DNA of 64,000 nt from Balanoglossus misakiensis (taxonomy: Eukaryota > Animalia > Hemichordata). Below the pieces are notes generated by a model that saw only the letters and a list, made by a program, of their open reading frames with translations, ran no database searches and had not been told where the DNA came from. The stretch is taken from contig CM082591.2 in the NCBI GenBank assembly GCA_040954595.2, positions 607,782 to 671,781 on the forward strand, written 5' to 3'. Positions 13,843 to 25,255 of this stretch are shown piece by piece (positions within the stretch are counted from its first letter, which is position 1; every line of letters begins with the position of its first letter). The position numbers and the translations under genes were made by a program.

Positions 13843-16800
13843 AAGTAAACCAACCGAGGAATCGGGAACGCCCCCGAATTTTCCCGAACAGTAACCGACC
13901 TCCGTCAAAGTCGAGCATGGGACTTCAAAACAAGCTGAAAAAGAGCGAGTGTGTCGAACTGAATCTATCAGGCTACATCCAGACGTTTTCTTCCTGCAAG
14001 GCGAATTAATCTCAATTCTGCGAACAAGCGCCGATAATTTGACGGATGGGTTCAGCAAGCGCTATATTAAGGTAGACACGTTCGCTGTAATTTCAACCGG
14101 GGTTACTTTCAACACACGCCTCCGTGACCCCTATCCAGTATTCTCCATCGTGCCGAGCGTGTGGTGTTGTATATTTAACTAAACGATCTTTCTTCGAGAC
14201 ATGTCACAAGTAATAAAATGAAAGACTCCAGGGAAATATTTTCCACAAACACGTCTGGCACCATGTCGTAAAGTAATGTTCAGAATCTCTTGAGTTTGTG
14301 GAATTAATCGAGTTCCACAGGATAGATTGCCATCTGTGTTCTATATTTCGTCACTGCATGTCCACGATTCCCGGACAATGAATTATAAATAACTCACGAA
14401 ACAAAATCTGAGGAATGGCGTGGTTGTGACAGTCTGACTGTTTATTATCAGACTCTGAGGAGTGTTTGAAGTGACTTCTTTTTTTCTGGTTTGAGCTTTT
14501 TGGTGTATATCTGTGTATTCTATGCTCATACTCATTGCGTTTATGATTATTTTTATTTCTCTAATTATTAGATCGTCACCATGTACGCCCAGAATCCCTT
14601 AGTGATACTCGACCGGGACTGAAGTAAAGAAAAGAACAACTCGTGTTTTTCAAGACTGACGCCAGGGAATACTTCCTGTAACAGGTATTTGAAATATTCT
14701 CGTATTAACACTGTGTGTGAAAGAGCGAAGACTTTTAACAGTCTTAATTTCCCTGACCCCTACGTGACCTAACATCTCGGCATTTTTGTTGATGAGTGCA
14801 GTGAAAGGCGGTCGCGACATGTTTTTGTGGATCGTTGTGTCATAAACTGTAGTTGCAGATCATGCATCGCTGTATCGCGTTGAGTAATGACAGCACACCC
14901 TTTTCCGGCTGCATCACGCATGCGTTAAAACAGTCAAAGAATCAAAGGCTTGAACCTCGGTGTAATTAAAATCTTCAAATCCCTTGACAACGCCAGAACG
15001 TGCCTTCACAACCGAACCCACGAATAACACACAAAACCGACCAATGTGTATTCACCATTCCTGTAACCTTAAAACCTTGTTGTAAAATTAATCTCTTATT
15101 TAACTTAGAAGGAAATACTAGTAGTTATCAGTATCGGGAGAGAGAGAGTATGTTGTTTCTCATTTTCCAAAGTTTTCCCTGTGGTGCGCATATACATCAT
15201 CAAAGTTATTAACCTTTACACTTTTGATAACATGACCATTCCTAATGCCATTCATCCCAACTCGATGGATGAATATATCATATCTGCGTGGGCAACATGA
15301 TATCCGGCACGTCATGATCTTGACCTGTCGATCATTTATTTAGAAACAATCCGGTGAAATTGAAGAAGTTCGAGCTGTAAAGGGCAGGGGATCACAAATG
15401 ACTTCCTTGTTTTTGGAGATAATACACCGAGTCATAGCGTGCATTGACAGCGGACTTGGCCGCATGTGGACGTGTCCCATCCCTTCTATCTGCAGATCCA
15501 TATATGTTTCATGCTTTAATTTCCGTTTACTGTGTCCGTCAGTTTAGGATGTTTGCGGTTTGTGTTCTTGCATTTGGTCGCGTTCAATGAGTAATTTAGG
15601 GACTGACTCTGTAATGATTGTGTATGGGCTAAGTAAACTTGAAGTAACGGATAGTTCTCGGGTACAATGATATCGAACTTAATGGAAAAGTTTCTAAAGA
15701 AAGTGGTAAATATACTTAACATAGAAGCGAGGGTCTAATATCAAGAAAGAAAAGTAGAGCGTGAGTAAACTGTATCAAAACACACGCTGTGTTTTGCTTC
15801 AAGGCACGCGTATATGTTTGGCAGTTCATGTTTTAGCGAATGTGTATTTACAACCGTTAAATAAAAGATTATGAGACGTCAAATCATTGGTATTAGCTCT
15901 TTGAATCCAAATTAACCCATGCCAATATCCTTCGCTTGGATTGACTGTTCTATCAACGGCACGGTCGAAATGATTAAGAAATAACTCGATTTTGATTAAA
16001 TGCCTATGCAATGGCCAATTTCAATTAAATAACACTAATTATATTTACAACCCACTGAGGTCCACCATTAAGTTACCTCCCATGTAAACTGTACAGTCAC
16101 GCGAGATCTCACAGGGTCTCGGAAAATGGTCTATTGCCTGTGACAGGTGTACGTTCTGTAATGAGAATCCTGATGTTTGGAATATCAATCATTGAAACAC
16201 AGTTAATTAATTACCACGTCATACACGACACTCTTGAAAATTCACCAGCTAATAGGCCTAAAGTATCATTTTGAGCGAACTCTCGCGAGATTCTATCCCG
16301 GCAACATTGAGGTCATCTCCTAGGCAACGGTGACTGGGGATTCCTTGAAATTGGGAAATGATTTCGAGCTGTCGTGTAATTGAAAACGGAAACAAAGCTA
16401 TAAATCATACCTCGGTATATGAAATAGAGAACCCGAAGCGATTTGGCGCATTATATTATAAATCACATGTCATTTCAGTTTGGACAGTCTCTCAGTATTA
16501 CCGCGAAAAGTTTCTCAATATTACTCAATATTGTTTCATTATTTAAGAATATAAGTTCGAATCATCACTAAAATATTAAGTAGGCATTAAACATTAAGGG
16601 ACATTGCAATTTTGCAACTACATGTACACGACATGCTTTGTTCCACCCTGTCTGTCAGTCTGTAAAATTCTGCCTACAGCACACCAGCAACAGTTTACAT
16701 TATTTATCAATTGTCATCGTTACTATGGAAACCACATACGGACCGTTGCTCTAAATCTCATCCGAGTCGATGTTATTGAAACCTGTTGAGTGTAACGATT

Positions 16801-18017
16801 GAATGATGCGCAACACTTGCCATCAACACGTGTAAAGGGGTAGGTGATAAAACCTTTAAAATCCACTGTGCATTTAACAGGTGGTACTTTAATACGACTA
16901 CACTGTCCGTTACTAGAACACTGATCTTCAATCGTCAAATATAGGTTATGTTCATCGTTTTGTTGAGGACTTCTGGACTTCTGGAGTACAGATCAGATTA
17001 ATATTGCGCAACCAAACTATTAACAAAAACCTGCAAACTCATGATGCTGACCAAACCTCAAGAGGTATACCGGTAGCAATAAATCTGACTGATTTTATTT
17101 CATTTTTGATACGATAATATACTTTAAATTACGTGGGTGTTACCCATACAGTAGCATAGTCTTTCTCTATGGCACATAATCATGTGTTTATGAGTTTGAG
17201 ATGATCTTCGGAGTCGGTGATTGTCATTCCCTAACGCCCATCTGTCTAAATGAAAATCCTGAAGCAGCACAGAGGAAAGGGAGGTGTGTTTGATCAAATA
17301 AAATATGAATAATAACTGCCATTACAATGATGCTTTTCGCGCAGGTAATTATTCGCTTCTCAAGGAGAGCGAATTTCCTATTACCCGTCTAAGAGTACTT
17401 GGCGCTGAGAATGAATCATTAATTTAATTATCGTGAGAGCGATACAAGGTGAATTTCAATCGAAACGAGCCACTTTATCACAGAAGAGGGTTGAACGTTA
17501 ATAATGAAGGTTCATATAGGATTCACCTTTAGTTCACATTAGGTTTCAACACTTTGCAATACGCCCTATAATATAGCTGAGAAAGATAACGTACATGGTG
17601 TTGCCCGTATTGTATTCCATTTACTGTCTGTTCCCGGTGTGGAGATACCGCCACTCAATAAACATTCCCTGAATACAGGTTTCATATTTGTGAAAATAAT
17701 TCTAAACCACTCGCTATGTATTAACCGCATTAAACGATCTTCAAAATCATCGAAGCGAAGAAATTCTTTAAGAGCCACTTACGTTCAGGAGGACAACAGC
17801 GTTTTCATTCCCATCACCTCGTGTCCAGCTGTGACCAAAATGTGGAAATGGACCATTGTTATAATCAATACAGTACCAGAAATTTAATAGATGGCCTTGA
17901 ACAGCGTGAGGAGAATGTGAAATTTAATTGCTGCAGTACATAAGAAGTTGATTGGAAAGATTTATATTCCGAAAAGTACTCAACCCCTACCTGAAATCAC
18001 CACTAGTTTTTAGTTTC

Positions 18018-18165
18018 CGTCCATTCATCCATCCATCCGTCCGTCCGTCAGTCCAACCATCCGTCCGTCAGTCAGTCAGGCCGTCCGTCCATCAGTCCAC
18101 CCATCCGTCCATCCACAAACAACCCACAAACCCAGCCACCCACCTATCTATCTACCCGACCGCCC
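18018..18165. repeat. Degenerate (CCAT/CCGT/CAGT/CCAC) tetranucleotide microsatellite
   Basis: ccattcatccatccatccgtccgtccgtcagtcc... Confidence 0.8.
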
Positions 18166-20730
18166 GTGGGGAAAGATTTTTAGCGTCACTGTAATAAACT
18201 GGAACAGAAAAAAATTGCTCGTTCTTAGCGGCAGCTCTTAAATTGCTTAAGCTCCGGGGAAACCATGCAATTACAGTTTCTCTTAAAATCACATGATGAC
18301 TTTGGCATTTACCGGGCGATAATCAAGTAGCTGATGAACCTCTAGTCCCGTAAGTAACGAAACATAATATCGCAGACTACAAAAAGTGATACCATTTTAA
18401 CCAATCAGCATGGCCGTTACAGTTGAATATCTATCACAAACCCATTTATTGCATATCGTTAACAAGCAATATGAACCTCCATTTTGTCGGCACGTTCTGA
18501 CCGTGAGGTCTATTCCATCCTCGGCTTGTGGTTTATTATGTCAGTAAAGAACCTTTACTACAAGTCAGATGTTTCCTTTTAACCAGTTTAATCTTTCGCC
18601 ACGTTTTGAATGTTTACTTAGCCGAGCTTATATTAGCAAGCAGTACTTGAATATTTTCTTTAAGTGTAAACGATGACGTGACATACGAACTATCAGTTGC
18701 ATAAATTGATTCATGACTATCCGTTGTGTGTCGTTTGTGTAGTGATAGAAACAAATGCAGCTACTGCAGCTGACAGTTCAAAGATATAAAATTTCGCAAC
18801 CGCTTCCATCGTAAAATACAATCATGGCTAATCTGTCTTTACCAGAGTACCATAGCGTTCAAGAACTTTTCAATAAATTATAGTTTGATTGTACACCAAG
18901 GTTATTTAGAATTATGAGAGTAAGTCATTAAACCGAAAGTAAAATTGATTGTTTTCCTTAATCTAATTCAGTGTTTTTTGCAAGTTCTGTCCAAGGATAA
19001 CATAAAGGTGTATCTTGTTAACATGTTGAAGTTTCCGTCAAACGTTTATCTTGTCTCATTTTGATTCCCGATAGGCTGTGTATAGATTCATGAATACTAC
19101 AAGACCCTGACCTCACGACAATGCTCATTTGCAAACTAAACATTTCGAACGGGGGTTACATGAGGTAGCACACGTCAAAAGCAAGTAATCAGCTAATGGA
19201 ATTCGCCAAGTTTGCAATATCGACTCACATATTTTAACCCTGTCAGATATGTTACGTTTTCTGACCCTCGAAGCGACGAAGGTTTCTAATCATGTTGGTC
19301 CATTAAGTGCCTTCATAAAATGTTAATGTATAGCTTAAGCTCTAAACAACGTGCAATGATAAAAAAACTCTTCAAATAGTGGTGATATATTTTATTTGAT
19401 GCTGTAGAATCCCCCGTGACCTTTGACCTGGTAAGCCTCAGCACTTCAGTGGTCCACAGATAGGCTTCAGTGTACAAATGTACACGACTGTTGCATAATT
19501 ATCACACTACATGTAGTATTATAGCTGCCAAAACTCTGAAATGAAACGGAGGTGTTTGTAATATAACCAAAGCGTAAACTATAAAATTATTTTCGCCCAG
19601 GTGGTTTTCATATTGCTTATAGAAGCCTCTGAGGCGTCACATATTTTGTTTTAATAAAAAATAGCTGAAGCCTCTTAGTAATATTTCTGACACCATTTTT
19701 TCACAAAAAACACAAGCGTGCATTTAGCTAATGGTTTTTCAGTGCACAGGACCAACCTCAGGCTTCAGTCGCGCACAAAATGTCGACAGATAAAAAAATC
19801 AAATCGGATAAATTTTTTAAGACATGATAGCGTACACTGAGAACAGCTTATCTTAGTACCTGATTCATATTCCGCTCGTGTATTCTGTATTCTTTAAAAC
19901 TTTCACTTTCACATTAATGATGAAGTAGCAGAGACTGTTAATGGATACATGATTTGATTTGAGAACCGCCATTTCTCAAATTTATAACATATCAGTTTTC
20001 CAAGTGTCTGTCAATCTCTATAATTATCTTCTGCTCAAAATTGAATCGTCGAGTTTCTTGAAAACAAGACAGATACAGGATGTCGACATAGTTTTCAATT
20101 TGTTTTGAATATCTAATTAGTTATGTCTAAATAAACATAATCTATGACTGAAACATATTAACTCACAGAGACGTGTCTTTCGGCGATAGACGGTGACAAT
20201 AAGCGACAAAGGTACACGTGTACGCGATTAATTGCTGTGCGTGAAATAATATATACTCACTGAAATCAATTAATGTTGTAATTAATTTTGTAATTGCCTT
20301 GAAGAAGTAAATTTACATTAGCATTGTTGAAGACAATTATTTGCTCGTATAATTGTAATACGTACTCCACCCATCAATTAAATCAACAGCGATTAACAGA
20401 ACCACTCCAGGCTATTTTCTGAAAATACAATGACGTCATTTAAAAAAAAGTAATTTGAAGTTTAATTGTAAGTGTAGTTATACAAGCGACAGGGGTGTGA
20501 TATGAAAAACACGAGTTCCTGCACTGACAATGCACTCGGGAATATAACAAGATATTATTTTATGCAAATTAGAAGGTTTCCGATGAAGATAAATATGGTT
20601 GGCACCGTGAGGGAATGATACTGACCTTTGACCCAACACTCTCAGAGAAGTTTACCATCTTAAAATTCGACTCCAGTCTCCCAGTAAGTTTATCAGTACT
20701 AAAGGCCATATAATCTCACTCGAAAACCAA

Positions 20731-22689
20731 TTGATATTAATACCGGCATATTATATTCCTGTTGAAGCACTGGCATGTACTGATCCAGACTGCTGTATAC
20801 ATTCAGAGTCGATTGACACTTTTTACAATGATATTATTTCTGTACTATTAACCGCAGCGGATAGGACTCTTCCTAAAATTACACACTCAAATAAGCATGC
20901 AATTCCTGGTTGGAATGCTCTAGTCAAAGATTATTATGACAAAGCTCGCACTGATTTTTTAATCTGGAAGGATAATGGCTCCCCTAAATTTGGTCCCTTC
21001 TTTGAACTTATGCGCAGGTCCAGAGCTCAATTTAAAAGGCAGTTAGCAAATTGTAAGAAGGCAGAAAAAGAAATGCGCGCAAATGCCCTGGCTGTAAAAT
21101 TAAAGAAAGACTCCAAGGCGTACTGGAAAGATGTCAGTAAACGGAAAGGTAGATCAATATCTCCATCATCTATTGATGGTCATTCGGGTGATGTTGAAGT
21201 GGTTAATATGTGGAAAGACCATTACGAGAATATTTTGACAAAAACTGGAAAAGAATCCGCACCTGATTTTATGAACATTGAGTACTGTGATGACATGATT
21301 GTACACCATGAAGAAATTTGTGAATTAATTAAGAACCTTAAGACAGGTGCATCGTCGGGTATCGACATGGTGTCACCTGAGCACCTGAAGTATGCGCCAT
21401 ACAGAGTCAGTGTTCTACTTTCCCTCTGTTTCACGGCTATGTTAATTCATGGCATTGTTCCCAAACAATTGATGACTACGGCTTTGGTTCCCATTCCAAA
21501 AAACCCAGGTGGTGACATTTGTGACAAATCTAACTACCGTCCTGTTGCTGTTGCAACAACGACATCTAAACTGTTAGAGAGAGTTTGGTTAAATCGCTGC
21601 ATGGATTGTCTAACGACTAGCGAGCACCAGTTTGGATTTAAACCAGGCCATGGTACCGATATGTCAATTTTTGTTCTTAAAGAAATTTTGAATTATTACA
21701 AGCGTTGTAACACTCCTGTTTTTGTCACTTTTATGGATGCATCCAAAGCTTTTGATTATGTTCGTCACGATATTCTCTTTGTAAAACTTTTGGCGAGGGG
21801 TGTCAATCCTTATCTCATTAAGATTTTGTCATACATGTATAGGCACCAAGATTTTGTGGTGAGATGGAATGGGTTGTTATCTAAACCTTTTCACTCAAAG
21901 AATGGGGTTAAACAGGGGGGAATTACGTCACCTATATTTTTCACAGTCTACTTGGATGATATCAGCAAAAATCTTTCCGCTCTTCCGTATGGCTGCCTTG
22001 TAGGGGACTATAAGGTTAATCATTTAATTTACGCCGATGATTTGGTTATTATATCTACTGGAGCCTATGGCCAGCAGATGCTTGTTGATACTTGTGGTCA
22101 TTATGGCAGCATTAACTCAATTTTCTTCAATGAGAAAAAAACAGTCTGTATGTTAATTCAGCCAAGTATGCGCAGGCTCAGACACGTTCCAATTTATCTG
22201 AACGGCCGAATGCTGAATTATGTCAATGTTTATAAATATCTTGGTCACCTTATCACTTGTGACCTTAGGGATAATGAGGACATTCTAGCTCAAACGCGAC
22301 AATTTTATGTTCGCGGTAATGCGATTATTCGTGATTTTAAATTTGCGTCTATCTCTGTTAAATGTCATTTGTTTTCTGTATTTTGTGATATCCCGTATTG
22401 CTCTTACTTATGGAGTGCTTTTTCTGTGTGTATTTTTAATGCAGTTAGGAGAGCTTACTCCCAGGTTTTCCGTAAATTGTCTGGTTTTAAACATTCTTTT
22501 ATTCAGAGCAACAGTGCGATGTTTGTTAATCTTTCCATTTTAACTTTTGATGAAATACTCCGGAAAAAATCACTAAGCTTTTTAAGCAGACTCCACCTCT
22601 CAAGTAATCCACTTGTAGCCAGTGTTTTATCACTATCAGTGTTCTCAAATAGTGGACTTTGGAAGGTTTGGAGTAGACGATTGTTTTGA
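20731..22689 (+). CDS. Reverse transcriptase ORF2 fragment of the LINE (652 codons, TTG-opened, N-truncated)
   Basis: Non-LTR RT motifs NYRPVA, QFGFKPGHGT, FMDASKAFD, GVKQGGITSPIFF, YADDLV and YKYLG. Confidence 0.92.
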   Translation: MILIPAYYIPVEALACTDPDCCIHSESIDTFYNDIISVLLTAADRTLPKITHSNKHAIPGWNALVKDYYDKARTDFLIWKDNGSPKFGPFFELMRRSRAQFKRQLANCKKAEKEMRANALAVKLKKDSKAYWKDVSKRKGRSISPSSIDGHSGDVEVVNMWKDHYENILTKTGKESAPDFMNIEYCDDMIVHHEEICELIKNLKTGASSGIDMVSPEHLKYAPYRVSVLLSLCFTAMLIHGIVPKQLMTTALVPIPKNPGGDICDKSNYRPVAVATTTSKLLERVWLNRCMDCLTTSEHQFGFKPGHGTDMSIFVLKEILNYYKRCNTPVFVTFMDASKAFDYVRHDILFVKLLARGVNPYLIKILSYMYRHQDFVVRWNGLLSKPFHSKNGVKQGGITSPIFFTVYLDDISKNLSALPYGCLVGDYKVNHLIYADDLVIISTGAYGQQMLVDTCGHYGSINSIFFNEKKTVCMLIQPSMRRLRHVPIYLNGRMLNYVNVYKYLGHLITCDLRDNEDILAQTRQFYVRGNAIIRDFKFASISVKCHLFSVFCDIPYCSYLWSAFSVCIFNAVRRAYSQVFRKLSGFKHSFIQSNSAMFVNLSILTFDEILRKKSLSFLSRLHLSSNPLVASVLSLSVFSNSGLWKVWSRRLF

Positions 22690-22765
22690 TGTTTTTATGG
22701 TGTTTCGTTTTGCTATGGATTATTTTATAATCTGAAATAAAGATGAAATAAATAAATAAATAAAT
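20741..22765 (+). mobile_element. 5'-truncated non-LTR retrotransposon (LINE; RTE-X/CR1-group-like ORF2)
   Basis: Uninterrupted RT ORF, short 3' UTR with AATAAA, then a (TAAA)n tail at ~22747-22765. No ATG start and no APE endonuclease domain at the 5' end. Possible 7-bp flanking duplication atattaa (20734-20740 / 22764-22770). Confidence 0.9.
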
Positions 22766-24043
22766 ATTAAGTAACGATGAGAATGAAAACGACTTCATTA
22801 CGTCAGATAGAGCAGATATCACTTCACTGCGGACGAGGTCTTTTGTTGATGAGCTTAGTCACTTAAAGTAATTGATTTTACTTAAAGTGTAATCTCATAA
22901 TATTAGAATTTGGACGTGGAAATATCCACCGAATTGCAGATTATTGTAGAACAATGTAGCCGTCACTGACTCCGAAGTTGTGTCGCACTCACGTTTCCGA
23001 AGTGGTCTCGTCCTCAGACTATAAACTGTAAAATAATACTAGACGCTACCCTACCCGCTGCAAGAATGTTTTAGGCCCACGGAGAATAGACGCGAATTGC
23101 TAAACAACGCCTTAATCATCGCAGTCAGATCAAACCACGAGTCTGTCGGTCGTGTATGTGTTACGGTGTTTTGAATCAGAAAAGCTTAGAAAAGTGGCAG
23201 AGAACGTGAACGCTCGAATTATTGAAGTCAGATCTCGTAACAATGGACTGATAGGCCTATAGAAATAACCTTGTAGGAAAATCAAGAGGTAATGTATGAT
23301 CCGCTTGCTATCAGATTAGCCTTCGTCTTTCATACGCATTTGTGGCTTAACCGAACACATTGCATTACTTGTTGCAGTCATTGAGCAATCGATGTTAAAT
23401 GTTATTGTTTTCAAAGTAATATCATTTAAAAACCAATTAACTTGAAATGACATGGCTAACAATGGAGGCGGATCATTTTTGCAGGCACCAGAATGCACAT
23501 ATCGATCGACAGCTGCTCTGTTTTCCATTTCACCCCGCGGGGAAAAATGTACTCATAGTCTAGTCGGTGTGTGGATGTCAGTACGGAGTGCGAACGTCTA
23601 GCTCCGCGCAGAGAAGTCTGATCATGTTTTATTTGTTGGGAACCACTTCGTTTTGATAACTTGTCAACGTCACCACAAGTCTTATGATCGATTGAAAGGT
23701 GTCAGAAAGCATCCCGTGGTAGACACACTCCATATGTGTTATCTATGACAGTTACTAAGGCCCCCTCATCGACAACATTGAACTGGGTAAACGGTCCAAC
23801 TTGGTGTGTGTGGCCTGGTACAGCCGTTGGCGATTTCTACGTCAAGCCCACTCTCCCTGCAAATATCTCTTTGGAAAGGACTCCTTAGAAGAATTTAATT
23901 CGACAACTTATAGAAAATACCAAGGGTAACATGAACCTCATTATTTTGATCCTTTGATAAAATCGTGAGTCTGTGTTGTACAAGCGTGGACGCAATCGTA
24001 TGTAGTTAGCATTCTAAAGTTTGGACAAGGTTTGGACTGTATT

Positions 24044-25255
24044 ATGGCCAATTCTACCAGTGTTGCTGTGACTCTGTTTAATGAGACTACAACAGTTGCG
24101 AATGACACCGCTGACGAAGAAGACTTCTATGCCAATAGACTACCAGTCGTCATCATTCTGAGTCTCATTACAATCTGCACGATATTCGGCAACACTTTGA
24201 CTATCGTCGCTTTCGGCTTGGACAGAAATCTTCGGAACAACTTCGGGAACTGGTTCATCGTGAACCTGTCCATTGCAGACCTGTTAGTCGGACTGGTGTC
24301 TTTGCCACTGGACGTCGCCGCCTACAGCTATGGCTATTGGCCGTTCGGGATGTCTGTCTGTCGATTCTGGTCCACGATTGACTACATCGCCACCATCGAA
24401 TCTGTGTGCGCCATTTTACTGATCACCATTGACCGGTATCTTTTGCTGACAATCGAGGTGCGTCACGTGACGACGCAGACGGCAAAACGTGTGTTTGGTC
24501 AGTGTATTGGTTCTTGGGTGTTGACTTCTGTCCTAATTCTTACCCTTGTTTTGGGTTACCCTGCGTGGACCAATCGATCATATTTCGACTACAATGAGAC
24601 ATGTGATGTAGAATTTCTCTACAATACAGGGTGGACGGTGGCCTTCGTCACCATCACATTCGTCATCCCTTTGTTGACTCTAATCATTCTTAACGGCTCG
24701 ATCTACTACCGCATCCGAAAGCGCGCAAAAACTGTCGTCCCAGATGATCCGACGAAACAGTTTTACAAAGATGTCGTCAAAACCCAAGTTGCAATTGTCA
24801 AGATGAACGCCTCGCGTGCGAACGACATGATGAGCGACGACAACCGACATATCAACGCATCGCAGTTCGATGTCCAACCCGTGGACAGTGGGTCCGTCTC
24901 TTCGTCCAGCCACCAAGGCCGAAATGGACCGGTCAGCACAGCAAACACTGGCGAACCGAGAGAGCAACGCCCGCCCCCAACGTACAACACTCAACGACAA
25001 AAACGCCACAGAAAAGCTGCCAAAACTCTCGCTGTTCTCGTCTGTGTCTTTTTCTTCTGTTGGGCGCCACACAACTTGGCGGTCGTTGTCGACCAACTCT
25101 GCTCTGAATATTGCGTCACGGACACAGCTTGGAGTGTAGTCAGCTATTTAATGTGGGTCAATTCTACTCTTAACCCAATCCTGTATGGTCTGTTTCATCC
25201 TGGTTTCAGACAAAACTTTAAGAAAATTCTTTCATGCAAGTGCGTCAGAAGATAA
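24044..25255 (+). CDS. Intronless class A aminergic GPCR, histamine H3/H4-receptor-like (403 aa)
   Basis: First ATG at 24044 (MANSTS..., N-glycosylation sequons). Seven TM segments with GN (TM1), LSIADLLVG, D3.32 in TIDY, DRY, ECL2 CDVEFLYN, FVIP, CWAP and WVNSTLNPILY. Confidence 0.92.
   Translation: MANSTSVAVTLFNETTTVANDTADEEDFYANRLPVVIILSLITICTIFGNTLTIVAFGLDRNLRNNFGNWFIVNLSIADLLVGLVSLPLDVAAYSYGYWPFGMSVCRFWSTIDYIATIESVCAILLITIDRYLLLTIEVRHVTTQTAKRVFGQCIGSWVLTSVLILTLVLGYPAWTNRSYFDYNETCDVEFLYNTGWTVAFVTITFVIPLLTLIILNGSIYYRIRKRAKTVVPDDPTKQFYKDVVKTQVAIVKMNASRANDMMSDDNRHINASQFDVQPVDSGSVSSSSHQGRNGPVSTANTGEPREQRPPPTYNTQRQKRHRKAAKTLAVLVCVFFFCWAPHNLAVVVDQLCSEYCVTDTAWSVVSYLMWVNSTLNPILYGLFHPGFRQNFKKILSCKCVRR

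Noticed and set aside
24032-24043. TTG start for GPCR1 given in the ORF track
   Set aside because: Eukaryotic gene; the in-frame ATG at 24044 is the plausible start.
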